From the NCBI GenBank assembly GCA_040954595.2, contig CM082581.2, forward strand, positions 5,324,699-5,388,698: a stretch of 64,000 bases of DNA. The letters are read 5' to 3'. The DNA comes from Balanoglossus misakiensis (taxonomy: Eukaryota; Animalia; Hemichordata). Both the position numbers and the translations under genes were made by a program. Shown one piece after another: positions 13,601-28,427 of the stretch. The notes under the pieces were generated by a model. The model made no database searches. It worked only from the letters and a program-made list of their open reading frames with translations, and was not told where the DNA came from. Numbering within the stretch: position 1 is the stretch's first letter; each line of letters begins with the position of its first letter.

Positions 13601-16600
13601 AATATAACCTCGTTCACCATTACATGGACAATTCCAATCCTGTATTTGGAAATGCTTCACGTCATGAGGCGTTGTTTGTGTGCAATTAAGGATTAACGAT
13701 CTGTGTTTTGGAACGTTTCTAGTTATACCCAGTGTGAACCTGGTACATATGAATGGAATTATGAATCTCAAAATCGAATGTAATGTAAGTGTAACGTATT
13801 AATCAGTCTTGCTGTACAAGGCCAAGCTATTTCCGATGTTATCCTTTGAAAAACAATGCCGTAAAGATTAATTTTATTGCGATAACCTTCGTGTTAAATA
13901 TTTACAAAGTTTGTATTGTACACACGCGAACGACATACATATTAATTAGTCCATCATCTGTACCATGAACTATCTCCTCTCATTAAAATCAATCAACCCA
14001 TCAATCTAGTCTTTGTTTTTAATTTACGTTGGCATTGAAACTGTCAATCAATGTCGGGCAAATAAAAATGTCTTGAATAATAATGACTCGCAATTCCTGT
14101 TTGAGTCTAAGTTCAATGATAACTTGTAAACATTGATTATTTGCGCTATATAAATAAACCATGATTTTGGTTAGAAATGTCTTACATTTGTATATCCGTT
14201 ATGCTTAGAATGAGAAACTTTGATACAATGGTATCTGAATCAGATTTTCATAAACGTGGGAATTCTTTACATTTTAAGAAATTTTTGCTGTTTGCTGTTT
14301 CACGGGAAGCCATTTTGAAAACTAAAAGTTTTGATCTTTCAAGCACTCCCAAAGAAGAACGAAAGCAAGTAACGTAATACAAATATGTGTTTTGTAGTTC
14401 AATTCTGACATAATGGAAAAACAAACTAACTGAGTAAACTAACCACATCAAAAATGAAATTCAGATAACATCTTTTTGAAAATATATGGTTTGTAGGCGT
14501 TCCCACCTTGTCTCTAATGGAAACTAAAGCTTTGAAATTGCCGTACAAGTAACATACCTATTCACTCTGACCTTAATCTCATATCTACTGACAATCTTTT
14601 TACGATTACCAGTTTCGCTTACTTCAAAGGCTGGAACGAAATGGGCCATTTACGGTATATGGCTTAATAATATAATTATCATTTAATGAAAACACACTGC
14701 GTATGAAACTGCATACCTTGTAACCTTGTGCATGTACATCGACAGAGTTTTAGACGAGAAGTCTCTACAAGTCGACGCGTTACCTAATGTTTACTACCTA
14801 AATTGTGTATTACGACAGACAAGCCTTGGTCAATACACACAATCTCCAGCTACGGCAAGGATCACCACAAACATGGCCTACTTTATCAGACAACATTGCC
14901 ATATCATATGCGAGCAGACTGTAAAATGATACCCAAATAAATAACGTGCTCGTCAACGTACATAGAGGCTAGAGTATCAGTAGCAATGTTGATCTGTCTG
15001 TGTGCAAGATCTATAAATATTTCCATAACATACAGGTATTATTTGTTTGCCATTTTGCCATATTGACAAAGCTAAACACTCATGGAATAATAACGCCCTA
15101 AAACACATTAAATTTGCGTATTGCACACCTTGTTCTATTCTGATCATTTAGTGCCGTCAGTTGAAAAAATAGCGACAATGCATGTCGCTTGAGGGCACTG
15201 ACTGTTCTGTTTGCTCAGGTGTAATATTTCACAAACACTGTCACTCTTGGAGTGACGTGGCTAAAAAACATAGCCAACGGGCACAAAAGCTGTCGGGGCA
15301 ACCTGGGCTTGTTTGTGTGTTGGGTAGCTTTGTTCTATTTACGCCAGCTTGTTAGAGGAAACCGTGATACTGGGTTTCTGTTTCGTGAAATTCGCCCTAT
15401 GTTATACTAATATTTTCCATTGTGTAAAACCTTATTAACTCGTTCACACTTTGGCACGTGACTATAGCTGTGGTTATACGTTTTGTATGGATTCACCTGA
15501 CCTCGTCGTGATCATGCCTGTATGTGCACACGCGTCTCCGTTTGTTCACTAGTATTGTGTGTACTAATTTTGAGACGTGTCCATTCTACAATGGCTTGTC
15601 ACAGTTGTCTGTCCTTTTTCTAAAAAACGCAATCTGTACCCATCATTGTTTTTACATAACACCGCTTTCTTAGTCACGTGATTGAATCTTGAATATGGCG
15701 GTGATTTAAAATCGCTTTATTTGATGTTCCCAGTCCATTGCAAAGGAAAGTCACACTAGTTACGGTACGCCCCAAAAGAATCCAAGGAAGTATTGAAAGA
15801 TACTAGTATTTCAAGATAAACAATATGCGAAAAAGTTCTGTACGATGGGGTTTTAAAACACTGCGCTTAATTTTCCTTTTAGCGTGACAAGATAAGCGAC
15901 AGGCTCTTGCAATCTTTTGCATCATCATTTGTCAAATAAATTTACGACTTCAAGCCTTTAATAATCGCGACTGAAAAGGCTTTAACCATTGCCGGCGTCA
16001 TACCGTAGAGACGCACATTCTTCCTAAACACTGTCGTTTCCACCACAACTTAGATTGTGAAAGGGTCGTGACATTGCAAAAAGTGCAAGGACGGAAACTA
16101 CTGTGACATCAGAAAGGTATGTCACCGTACCATTTGTATCCTCAAACAGCGGCGTGGCGCCTGGCAATTAAAAAATAACAAATGATGTCAGCTCTCCTGG
16201 TGGCTGCTGCGAATTTCACTCGTATCCTTTGTCAGCAACGGCTGTGTAATATAGTCACGACGTGGGTAAAACTGCATCACGGATTAAAGAACTACATTTC
16301 AAGCATGTATAAAGTCGTTTAACGAATGACTTAGCAGGTATGATCGTGCCAGACCACTTCCACCCTTTTTTGAATAAATTTTCCCCAACATTTGTACCAG
16401 CAGATATGCAGCATGAACTCTTAACCCGGCCAAGTGGAAATAATCACCGGTCCCATCGCATGCTGTTCTGTACAAAAAGGACATAAATCTTACTGGCATG
16501 CCATCACACCGTGCATAATTTAATTCCAAGAGAATGGCCTGGCGCCCGACGACAACATTCGTACATTTTTACGCTAATTCAAAGACTGATTCTTAGGGAC

Positions 16601-18043
16601 ATAGTTCATATATCGTCTCACTTTAGTAACGGTTGCTTTTTTATACATGTATAAACGAGAGTTGAATTTGAGGTCACGATAAGTATATACAACGTTCTTC
16701 ATTGTAAAATCATTACAGCCCTGTTCACCCTCAGAATGTAAGCAAAACATGTTCAACAGTAAACCACGATGAAACTATGAAGAGTATTTTTCCACGTTTC
16801 AGGTGTTCCTGTAAATACACTAGTCAACTTAACAAAAGCCGATCAAGCAGACAATAAGGCGGGATGTATATAGATTTTGGACTGCGCAATTAGTATCTTG
16901 CATCGTATGTCTGGAGGTTTAACGAGTCTTCTTGTTTTCTTGCGTGGCAACTTTGTTGTATTTTATTTCTTAATGGGAGATATCTCATTGGGAATGGCTA
17001 AAGCCCCTCAATAATGTCAGACGATGAATTTTCGGCCTGTTGTATATGTTTTATCGTTCATCCCGCCTTCCGCCATCAGGTGAATGAATATTTTATCCGC
17101 TTGGCGCCCAGATCAATGTGAACGGCGACACACAAGCACAATTAGTGGTGATATTAAAGTTCAATGTCCTATAAAAAACTTTTAATTATTCATGCCTTCC
17201 TCAACCACCCACCTCTCGAAGCTTAAATGGACTTATAGGCCAAAATGGAGTTATGTTGAACGAGCGGCTGGGCTGTGAGTGTCGCCAAAAAGTAGATCTT
17301 TCTGCATGGTTATTATGCGTGTAACTTTTAAATCGAGTTACCCCCACCCTCAAACTAAAAGAAAACAGTTTTATATCTGACAGCCGAGATTTGATGTCGT
17401 CTCTAAGAGGAGTACTGATTGATGGTGGGTTGGTTTTTGCGACAATAATTCGTGACGGCGACTTAACAATTTCACCAGTTACCGTCGTGTTCTGCTTCCT
17501 TGCGTTCGCCACTTGTCAGATATCAGCTTCCACCAAAGCTCATGCACAGCAAAGCTGCGTGTGTCTTATGCACAGACCACCAGTTAGGTGCTTTTTGCAT
17601 TAGTATTTAATGCAAACGTCGAATATGTCATCAAATTTCCTTCGACATTACTTTACACTTCCTATTAACGCATATTTCCTGCACCGTGGTTGACATGGCA
17701 TCCTTCAGTGACGTGGCCATCGAGTAGAGCTTTTTGCGTTTCCGCGTAATTTCCGCCACTTTTAGAGTGCTGTTTTCTAAAACTGCCGCGAGTTCAAAAG
17801 ATTAAAAAGCGGATCCACTCCACTTCACTTCAGCTTCACTTAAGCATTTTTTCCAATATAAAATGTGTTAAATGCGAATTCCCAACTCCTTCTGTTGAAT
17901 ACAGAACAGGTAGCTTGTCTATACCCTGCACTCTTGTCTGCATTGCGCACAAAATAAGTAGTGAACCCTGTTTTAAGAAGTTAGATGAGCTCAGAGGCAG
18001 TAATATTGTGGGATCCAGAGCTCAGGGCCAGCCTGAATAAGTC

Positions 18044-18134
18044 AACAAACAAACAAACAAACAAACAAACAAACAAACAAACAAACACACACACACACAG
18101 ACAAGCAAGCAAGCAAGCAAACAAACAAACAAAC
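18044..18134. repeat. Compound microsatellite (AAAC)n(AC)n(AAGC)n
   Basis: Directly visible tandem repeats. Confidence 0.95.
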
Positions 18135-18223
18135 ATAGATATCCATTTCCCCTGAGAATGCCACCACCGGGAATTTTCAGAAACATCAATAAACTACCGT
18201 ACGGTAGCTGCCACGACTATCCT

Positions 18224-18392
18224 CAGGGGAGGGCGGTTAGTTCATGGGGCCGATCACCCTGTTTTGGAATTAGGTGATGGGGGTCACCTGGGAGTCACCC
18301 ATTTTATCATGTTCAATGAGAGGGGGTCAGTCACTTTTTGATATCCACAATACAGAATCCACCCCAGGTCGAGGAAACTGACCGGTCCCTTA
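18224..18392. mobile_element. Degenerate short MITE fragment
   Basis: Right end GAAACTGACCGGTCCCTTA with a decayed inverted counterpart near 18224; internal GGGTCAC motifs. Confidence 0.3.
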
Positions 18393-19474
18393 GATCAGAT
18401 GCTACTAATGAGGCCCTGAAAAAATTATTTCTGGCAGCAATCAAGAAGAACACGTCGTGCAAGTAGATCCCGTTTATCTCCAATAGAAAATTCAATCCTG
18501 CACAAGTGTGAAATTCCAGTACATGCCACAGCCACGTGTTTGTCTAGTAAACAGATTCTATGCGTGAAGTAATCATTTGGTTACGTATTGCAAAAACAAT
18601 TAGCACGTAACTTGGTGTAATATTCTAAAACTCTGGTAAGTGCGCACGTGTTGCTATTTTTGCCTGTCTCAAGACAAGAAAGCTCCGGACAAGATTTATA
18701 GATCACCGTGTGATGCTTATAATAACTAGACCCACGAGGACATTTGCTGTGATTCCGCAAGGCATTGATGCGTCGTCTCTATGGTTACCACAGTAATTTG
18801 CAATGAATAGAATTTACCTTAATGTCAACGTCGAACGAATAAATGCAGTAAATCGCAGCTGGCCGGCAAACTCACTCTCTTTATTAAGAGCATGCAATTC
18901 AAATAAAGCAGAAAATACAATTCACTTGACTTCGCCGTTAAATCTCTACGGGTACCGGCGTATGGTTTGCAATAAGCTTAAGCACACGCAGTAAAACTCT
19001 ATATAGCAAACTGAGATCGCCCGGGGAAAAGTGAAGGTCAATGGTCGGCCCCGATCGAGGAAAATATCTGCCGAGAAAACCTGTGATATAATCGTTTTTA
19101 TCGATAATTGCGTGATGCTTATCTGTACGCGTTTTGTTTCCAACGCTAAGCTTCGACACTCGACATGTTTCTTGTGCTACAGTCGAACATTGTTAACATT
19201 CTCCGCTCGCAGTTCGCTTGTGACCCCGCACGTCCCGGAAGCTATTTCTCTTTTTATTTTCCCGTACTGGTTGATTACGATGATTGTGTCAACTGTTGAG
19301 CGCATGCAGCCATTCGTTGGTGACTGCTCGTTAATATTCATGCTGCCGTGGCCGAATTGCAATGACGTTAAGTACCGTCATTTATTGAGCAATGCATTGT
19401 GTCTAGTCTGCCCTGCATGGTAAGTCAGTGTTTCGCTGTGTAGTAGGTTCACTTTGCCTATTCTCATTCTATCA

Positions 19475-20125
19475 GCTTTTACGACGTCTCTTCGAGAAGG
19501 TTAATGAATTCGTTTTGTATCTTTGTTCCAGCCAGTATTGTGATGTAACGGCATCGTCCAGTACTTTTGCTACACTACACCACACGTCAGCACTGATCAG
19601 CAGTCCCGTCTGACTGTATACTGGTAAAGTCCGAACAACCGGGCAGTTGTGCGTCTCACTGGTACGACGACCGCAGAGCTTCTTTACGGCAGTGACAGGC
19701 AGCGGGCCCGGCACCAGGTAAGACAGACGCACCGGCGCAGTGACCAACGCTGGCCACATTCCTTGGTATTATAGTATGCGTTCACTTTGAGCCTGCTTTT
19801 AGCAGCTCTCGTTCACTGCTATTTCAAAAGAACCACAGTGACGAGCACACGAGGAGATTTGACAAACAGTCTCGCGGACAGATGCTGTACGCGTTTCGCC
19901 CAATTTAAATTCGTTGTCTTGTCATGCTGAGGGACAAAGCAGTAACACATTCTGTTTACAACTGACGGGGTTTGCGCCAGAGCGCTTACTTGGGTACACA
20001 TGTCCATGCCGACCTCCTGCGCGAACTCACCGAAAGTAATTGCATGAACATGACTTTTCCGGCTGACATCACCCAACCACAAGACGTCAATACAGAGATG
20101 ACATGGATAGCCAGTGCGGGGCACA
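19475..20125 (-). pseudogene. Possible decayed UDP-glycosyltransferase N-terminal exon
   Basis: Minus-strand fragments in UGT order: LAIHVISVLTSCGWVMSAGKVMFMQLLSVSS (signal plus GKVL-like start), ALAQ, KKLC...VRTL...GLLISADVWCSVAKVLD, TNSLTFSKR (cf. TDxMTFxQR). Frameshifts and stops are present, and no C-terminal UGT signature was found. Confidence 0.3.
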
Positions 20126-20433
20126 GGTCTAACCGTATCCTCTTCTATGTCTTGTGCATCCCACGCAAATTAAAATAACGAGGTCAAATGGCAAATTGCG
20201 CAGCTATCCATCACTGTGTGCAAAGCTCTGTGATGATTCCGGCAGCATAGGGTATTCACGAACATGGCGAAAGAAATGGAGACGGTTGAATCCTTACTAT
20301 GTATAGAACAAATATACTGGCGATGTCGCCATCGTTCGATTTTAGATATATATTTTCTTTCATGTTTGAAAATAAACTCAGTCAACTAGCAGATACAAAG
20401 ATACGTGAATCGCATTTGGTAACTTTGCGTACA

Positions 20434-20552
20434 TCCACCCATCCATCCAGACATCCAGCCAGCCAGCCACCCAGCCATCCTTATACCCACCCACGATTAA
20501 CCCACCCTCCTACCTGGTACCTGCCTACCTACCCGCTCGCCTTACCTGCCTA
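20434..20552. repeat. Degenerate tetranucleotide repeat (CCAT/CCAG/CCAC/CCTA)
   Basis: Visible low-complexity 4-mer array. Confidence 0.8.
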
Positions 20553-21249
20553 CGATACATAATACACAATTTTAAAACACTTCGTCCCAAGAGTGTACTT
20601 CAAGGGAATTATCAAAGCAAAGTGAATGAGTGGTACTACTTAGTGCTAGCTATATGCCGTACATTGTTTCTGCATTAACGAATAGCCTAAAAGGATGGCC
20701 ATCAAACTGCCATCCGAAACTCAATATAATTGTGGCAGCATCAAGATGTGAATTACGATAAGCTTGATATATGGAATTTAGAAAATGTTACATCGTTTAC
20801 TCGTGCGCATGACAGTGGAATAAACGGGGTGTTTTAGGTTACCACAGTAACGCTTTCGCCGTGGGCTTCTTGTAAAAGCGAAATTAATGCAACACTAAAC
20901 TCCGGTCCCCTTGAAGTTGTTTAGCTGCATTGTTTAAGCATTTTGTTTTCCATGTAAGCTCGACTCTCGAGCTCTCTGCATGGCGCGAGCATGGTGACGG
21001 AGCTGTACATGTACAGCACTTGGCATGTCAACATATATGTAAAGTTAGCAATGTTCTTATTGAATTTTAATTCGACTGCGGACTTAATGTATTTCCAAAC
21101 AATGAAGTCGGTTGTATATTCTGCCAGCACTCTACTCGGCTACTGTTTCTTTGGGAATGTGAGCCACAAAACTTTCAACGATGTCCAGATTCATTTACGT
21201 CGACATTTCTGAGCGGATTCTATTTTAACTCACTTGGCACAAGGTAAAT

Positions 21250-21675
21250 GTACTATAGATGCAGACATGCATGCAAACTTGCGTCGCAATACGAATAAAT
21301 ATGGCCACTGCGGCCATTTTGGAATTTTAGATGTTTTCATGTCTGGAGTCATGTTTCAATCATGTCTGTTCTGATTCCATTCAAGCTTGGTGTGTTAGGA
21401 AAGTACGCTTTATGACATCAATTTGTGTTTCAAAAGCGACTCAACGTAGCCGAAGGGTTGCCATATTGCAATTATTTTTTTCATGTCCTGAGCCATTACT
21501 CAGACGTGCCCGAACATATTCTACTCAAACGTGGTGCACTACAATGTATTTTGACGTGCACGTTCAATCGGTGTTATGCTTCGATCCAATATGGCCGCCG
21601 GGTTGCCATTTTGATACGCATTTCTCCTTAATTTTGGAGCCATTACTCTGACATACCTGAACTGATTCCATTTAA
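21250..21675. repeat. Degenerate ~145-bp tandem core repeats (about 3 units), likely internal to a non-autonomous element
   Basis: Recurring AATATGGCC(A/G)C..GCCATTTTG...TTTTCATGTC..GAGCCATTACTC.GAC near 21300, 21450 and 21590. Confidence 0.6.
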
Positions 21676-24335
21676 CCCTACGCAAGGACACATTAACTCT
21701 ACTGATGTAAACAGACAGTGTGTATCAGCTTCAGCTTCTTGTTGTACACTGAGTCCTATTGACGGCATAGCCTGTATGTGTGTTAGTATCATCATGTCCT
21801 AGAGATTCAACCAAGAAACCGAGGTAGATAACTAACAAAGGTACATGTGCATAAAAGGTTTAAGTTTACGGACGTTTAATGTTGTTTTTGTTATTTCCGA
21901 ATAATTAATTTAACCAAGATGAATATCAATCAATATTAATAGACAACATTCGACAAAACGAGACAGCCATTTAAAAGCAGGTGTGAGCTTACCTTTCACA
22001 AGTCGAACATTTAACGAAGAGCGATTGGTACACGGCGTAATAAGTACTATCATTCAATTTGTGAACATGAAATGAATTAGTAACGCAATACACAAATAAA
22101 CACATAATCGATAAAAATTAAGCAAATTTGAAAGCGCGAATAAATTTCGAAATAGAAAAAACCTTATGAACTGTACAGGATATATAATATAAGAGTCAAT
22201 TGTCCGTTAAATAAGGATTGGCAGTCTTCATCCGACACCAGGAAACTGCGAGTTGACGGCGAGAACAATCATGAAACACCAGAACAATGACGCTGAATTA
22301 ATTCCCCTGACATTGAAGTATTAGTAAACGCAACAAAATCTCCCGGAAACAAATTAATCAGTCTGGGGATAGCTTTACTAATTATTAATGCAATCAAAAA
22401 GCTGTGAATGAGAAAATGCCTTAGAAATAGTATTGCCAAACGATCACCCAAAACCGATAAATAATTATGTGCTAATGAGGGGAAAAACAGTATCGCAAAT
22501 CTTGTCTAGCGCTATATCAGTCTCCCGAGTCCGATGGATTACAGTAATTTTCACGACCCATGCAAATTGAAACCTAGACAGGTACGTGATATAGATGTTT
22601 TTGTGCGCCACAATAGCAACAACTACATTTATATATTCTGCTTTGTGGCTACACGTCTTTTCTATATGAGAAATGTGTAATTATTGCAGCTCTGTAAACA
22701 GCTCTTTTGAGCCCGCAACATTCTTTTCACTTCCTTTCTTCAACTTGTTTTTATTTCGTTCCCATATGGCAATTAACCTGCTGATAGATTTATATCTCCA
22801 CTCCTTAATACCTTATCTTGTTGATCAGACTTTGAGATCTCCCTGGGAGCTTGCTCTCCATCGTTATCTTTTCTCTGCCCCAGAGACCCCCAGGGTGAAA
22901 ACTCCTTGCATTACATTGTAATTCCAACTCTCACCGCCCAGTGTGAGGCAATCCCTTCTATTATGTCTATCTCGTTGACGTCATCCCTTCCCCCACAATA
23001 TTGGGTGATAACTTAAGCCCTGGAGGTTATCTAATGGATTGTATGAGCGAATAGATTCCAACGTATTGTCTAGTAATCCATGCAGCATTTCCACTGGAGC
23101 CTACACTTACTGCATTAACAAAGTGGACAACGAGGAGATGCTCGAAGATATGGCGAAAACCGTTAATATCTTTTCAATCATGTTGAAAGCATGTTGTCAG
23201 ATGTGCTTTTTATTTCGAAATTGGCATGACGAAGTAAAACAACGTTGATCACGAACACGCCCAGTGATCGGTTGTCTACCTGGTCCTGGAGATGAAAGCA
23301 ACAAACCGTTGTGAACATATAAGTGGCACAGTGTATTGCAAATCATATTCGCAGCGAATAAGTGTAAGAGTCAGATATAGCTCGCGATGTATACGCCGTT
23401 TTCCTAGACCCTATAGGCAACATGGATAACTACATGTATTACTAAGGGTCAGAACAGTGCAAACAGCATATGGTTCAAGGATGGCATCGCGGAGTACCAG
23501 CAGAATTATCTCGCCACCACGGAAAATGATCCCAACATCCGATAACACACAGAGATGAATTGGCCAACATGAATGCAGAACAATGAGATAATGCGGATGA
23601 TATTTTCAAAGGCCGGCGGCAACGTTTTCAACGCTTAAAATATGTTATGCAAGACTCTCATGAATACAGTTGGCATACTGTTTTCCATTGCCTTTGGCAG
23701 GGAACAGTTCAGTGAATGTTGGTTAAATACAAATACCTTCTTGCGCGTACGATATAGAAATACCCGACACCATGATAGATCTGAACAGATGGCGACTTTA
23801 TGTGATAAACGGCCGCGCTTTATAGAAAATGTGTTGCACATTATAATGTCTCAATTCTCTTCAAAATAAGTTATTTACATGTATATATACCCTGTCATGT
23901 TGCAGCTACATTTAAAATTAGGAATGACAGATTTTATTGTTCGGCATATCAGTGCCACGTTTTTTTCCTACTCACTAATGTCGTGCATGAAATCCGCATT
24001 AGATTTGTCGTAGATTTCAGAAAGCGCTTTATTTTGGCGAGTTCAAGTCTATCGTTAAATCTTTCGTCTTTATACTAGAATGGACACCGGTTTATTTTAG
24101 TAATATTTCCTAGAGTCATAAGATACAAAGCGTCGTAGAAAGAAGCTTGCCTTACATGGATCACTGCAGGCACTGTAATTAATTATTGGTCGAAAAGGCC
24201 CATTGTCCCACTGAAACCCTGTCTCATGTTGTCTGACAGGTGTTTCTCGAAAAATGGAAAATGTGATTATATTCTTTGTTCCTAATTTCCATAAAGAAGC
24301 CGATAAAAGGATCTCGTCAAATTTCCAATTCAAAA

Positions 24336-24579
24336 ATTATTATTATTTATTTCTTTTGAAACAAGCGCACTAAACTACGTCTCAGTGCTCTTCACAAGAC
24401 TTTAAAAAAATCACAAATTCCGAAAGAAAAAAAAACTAAAAAGAGAATTACAAAAGTGCATTAGACCTTATACTGGGTAATAGTCCTTAAAAAGATATGT
24501 TTTCAAACAACGTTAAAAAGAATTTAGGGAGCAGTCAACTTGATTATAAAAAGGAAGTTCATTCCACAAAATCGGCGAC
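24336..24579 (-). mobile_element. 3' fragment of an L2/CR1-group LINE
   Basis: Minus-strand translation SPILWNELPFYNQVDCSLNSF*RCLKTYLFKDYY matches the ORF2 C-terminal motif (LWNxLP...SL..FK..LKTYLF). It is followed by an L2-like 3' end (TGTGAAGAGCACTGAG...GTGCGC) and a (TAA)n tail. Confidence 0.75.
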
Positions 24580-27500
24580 CCCCCCCCCCCCAGAACAGGT
24601 TTGCAAAATGTGACCCTCGCCCTGATCCTTCCCGCCCACCCTCTTCTTGTAATTGAAAGCTCCCTGACTCAGGTGCGACTAACATTGAAGCCACGCGGTA
24701 TCTTTTTTTACAAAATGCAATATCGCATTACGAAAAAAACAATTACTTGATCAAAACTCCAATTTGTCGCTTGATTGATTCCGAGGTATGTGGTAATTTG
24801 ATACTTTATGAAAAATGAATACATGTCATAGATATCTTAATGTATTTATTTCGTCTAATGCATTAGACTGTGGAAACACCGTTCATCGGTTTGAGATTAA
24901 TCTTACTGTGCGTACTTACCATAACCATTTCACTATAATAGCACCTGTATGTTTTTTGCCGAATAATTTCATTGTGAATTTTTCTGAAATCAAATCTTTG
25001 TGTGTACTTGTTGTAATTGTGTTTTACCACCTGTTTAAAAAATGCATGTGTGATTAAGTCTACTTAAAAAAACAACTACTAGTAATTACGTCATTGTTTG
25101 TTCCACTTGTTGTGATGTCCAGTAGCTATTAATGGATCACCCTGAAAGATGATGGTATTGCTTAGTTGACGACATTCAACTTATGTTGGCTCGCTGACCG
25201 GGCAACGTGTCCATATGGTACTAGTATTAACCTTTCTATCTTTAGATTGTTATAGTTTCAGCAGCCTTGTTTCACACACAAAAAACACTGCCAGATGTAA
25301 ATACATTATTTATTAAATTATCATTGTGGGAAACCTTCAAGGATCTTCGCCGATGAGTTCGTTATTTTCTTTCATACAATTCCGACAGTTTTTTACGTAA
25401 AGGTATCGTTATTATTATTATATTTCGAAAACGTTGACATGATATTAGGTTCATTGCTGTGCACTTTTATTGCATAAAAATAAAGAGTAAACAAATATAA
25501 CGACAATAACAATAACGCATATCTTTTTTTCCACAATACAAGTTTCCTTTTTTTGCTTCCACAGTTTGGAAATATATACTAGTACGCTATGTTAAAACAA
25601 AATCTAAAAAGGAGCACTGCACATGCGTGTAATTCTGAAAATTGTCAAAATGACAGACTAGGTATGATTTATCATTCCACCCATTTCCCGTCACAAATAG
25701 ATATCTTTGTCGTGCACCTAATCGATATCCAACCCCATGAATAACAACGACAAATCCACATGTTATTGCAGGATCCCTTTAAAGAATCTTTGAAAAAAAG
25801 TTACATGCCGATCCATCAGGGAAAATGTGCTGACGTTCATTCTCTTAACAGCGTATTTATAGAAATATCATGTATCATTTTATAACACGGCGATACGTGT
25901 AGTTGCGTTAGCTGGTTGCTCTAGTATGCGCATATGTCTGGTGAATCAGAGCGCATAGTTTTTATCATTAATTATATCGGCTATTACAAGACGATATAGT
26001 GTAATGGCGTCGTTCCTCGCGTGTCGTTCACCAGTAAAGCGAGGATACATTTCTTGACAGTTGAATGCACCATGAATTTGCTAAGTACTGATGTGTTGCA
26101 TGCCTCAGAGCATTCTCAGACAAAAATATTTAGTCCATACAGGACACCACTGAGATAGCGGAGAGATTTCTGGAACCGGACGGGGGAGAGTGCGTATACC
26201 TCACATAGGGTTAGCAAGTTTGAAAAAAAGGTATTGGTTGGGCAAGCGATAGAAAAAAATTAATTTCAGATGGTGTAAAATTTTATTAGTTTTAATAGGC
26301 AATGTAATGTGTAAATTGACTATTAATCATTTATTGCGCATGCTGACTCGCATAGTGGCATTTACACTTACACACCCCACAAAGACAGAACGTGGACATA
26401 CATACGACCGGGCATTAAATAAATTACATTGTATTCTGCTATTTAGTAGACAACGTCAAATTTCGCTGACTGCAACAAAAGGTTGTTTCTTCATTGTATA
26501 TGTAAAGCTAAAATCTCTCATTTACATATGTATTGTTCACACTGATCATAACATAAATCGATCCACGTCCGGCCTCTCTCGGTCGAACATGTATACGTGT
26601 TCCCTGTTCACACTTGTAAGTGCGAGTCACGGGCTTACCTTCAAACAGTTTGATATATTGGCGGCTACATTGAAAGCAGGAAATACACAATGCGCACGAA
26701 GCATTCTAAATTAATATTTTAACCCGTTTTCCCTGACACCTTAATTGATGCGCATTTTTGGTACGCTAGAAACAGCACCCGTGATACGTTCCGGAAATTA
26801 TACTCGTCATCGCGTCAGACCTAGGATGTCACGTGGTCATCTTTTTCATCGTCTGTACCTCACGCTGACAAGATTACAATGCAGCAGTAAGCGATTAATA
26901 TAGTTAAAATCTGGCATTTTCGTCTCGTGCGTTTAGGATTTTAAGGAGTATTTCATCACTTCCATGACGTGAAATCATGGCGTTCAGATCAAAAATTAAA
27001 GGTGTGTGGTTTCCTATGCAAATTCAGCCACAGTTACCAAGGCAAGTTGAGATGGAGCCAGGGTCAGATTTTAAAACGAAAAAGAGTGCGCCACCACATG
27101 GCCATTCGAAGGCGTTGATACGCCCGTTTAACCATATTTGGGCATATGTAAATTAGAAGTGATTGTGAACCTGTACACGAATTAAAGAAATCGGCTACTT
27201 TTCAGCGAATGAAACGCAGTTGATTCAACACCACATAATACATGTATATGCATACGTCATATAAAACGTAATTCGTAGAGAATGCAAGTTAAATTGTATA
27301 AAACACTTACAGGTATACATTAAAAGAAAAAAATACAGAAAGAGAAATATTTTAAACAAGTGTAGCAAGTGCTTACTGTTGCGGCGCCTGGTTACGTTAA
27401 AATTGCATGTTTAAAAATTAAACTTTGATTGTAGATTGACTTGAACAGGCGAGTAGAGCAGCCAGACAACGGAAAGTGGCTTCCTCATAATCCAAACGAC

Positions 27501-28279
27501 TTAGGAAGGCTGGGAGACACGCAGTTTGATTACATTTGTAACGACCCTGCAAATCCTTTGAAAATCCGCTTGTGTTTTTTCGCCGGGGAATCGCACCAAT
27601 TAACGCTGCAAGCAAGATGGATGACAGCGCGTGAGATTGGGGGGCCATAGTTATCGTTGTTTCTGAGAAGTGGAAAGATAATTACGTCCTATATGCACGG
27701 TGATGTCCACAGATTTGTATTTCGTTTCCTGGTGAATTACCTGACGATCGTTATAGAATGATCCGCATCACACACACACTCTTGACCTGCTGTATAATTA
27801 GATAATGAAAACGAAAAAAAATCAATATACTTAAATGTAATTCAATTTAATTGAATAAGAGTTAATAACTGCATACGTAATCTCCGTGGCTAAAGCGCTT
27901 AACGTATAAAATCAAATCAAAGAAAAAAGTGTTTGACATGAGCAAAATGAAAGGCAAATTGTAGCGTGTGCGTGGGATGAAGACCATATCATACAAGAAT
28001 GGCCACGAGTTATCACGTGCTTATTATGCTAAACTGGTCGTAGATGGCGTTGTTTGACGATAGTCGAATTTATTTTGTGCTGGAGCCATGGCGAAAAAGA
28101 AATGATTGGTAACCATTTTTGTCATGGATTAAAGAGTAAACATATCTGTAGCCGTCCCTCAAATGAGTCTTTTATTGATTTGTTTACCTGATACATATAA
28201 CACAATTTGCAGCGTTATTAAAAATGCATGCCAATCATCTGCTGTTAAAATATGATACGTACAAATGTACAAGGTTGGC

Positions 28280-28427
28280 TGTTGTGCCATACGCATGCGC
28301 ACCTCGAGTGATCGCGATGCGTGAATGTGAGAGCATTTATCGTGAGTGTGTTGTTCAGAAGACTGAGAGTATCGACGTCGGTCCTGATGTGAAACCTTAG
28401 TGGATCTGTTGTGTCAATCAGGTAAGG
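28280..28427 (+). promoter_or_regulatory. Candidate promoter and non-coding first exon
   Basis: NRF1-like TACGCATGCGCA (28290-28301) at the start of a CpG-rich stretch (~28.3-28.95 kb), followed by a strong donor CAG|GTAAGG at 28421/28422. Confidence 0.3.

Noticed and set aside
24524-24667. Apparent TIR pair TAGGGAGC...GCTCCCTGA
   Set aside because: The left copy lies within the LINE ORF2 remnant; probably coincidental.
27132-27141. Perfect CArG box with nearby octamer and E-boxes
   Set aside because: Single short motifs are expected by chance in 64 kb; no independent support.
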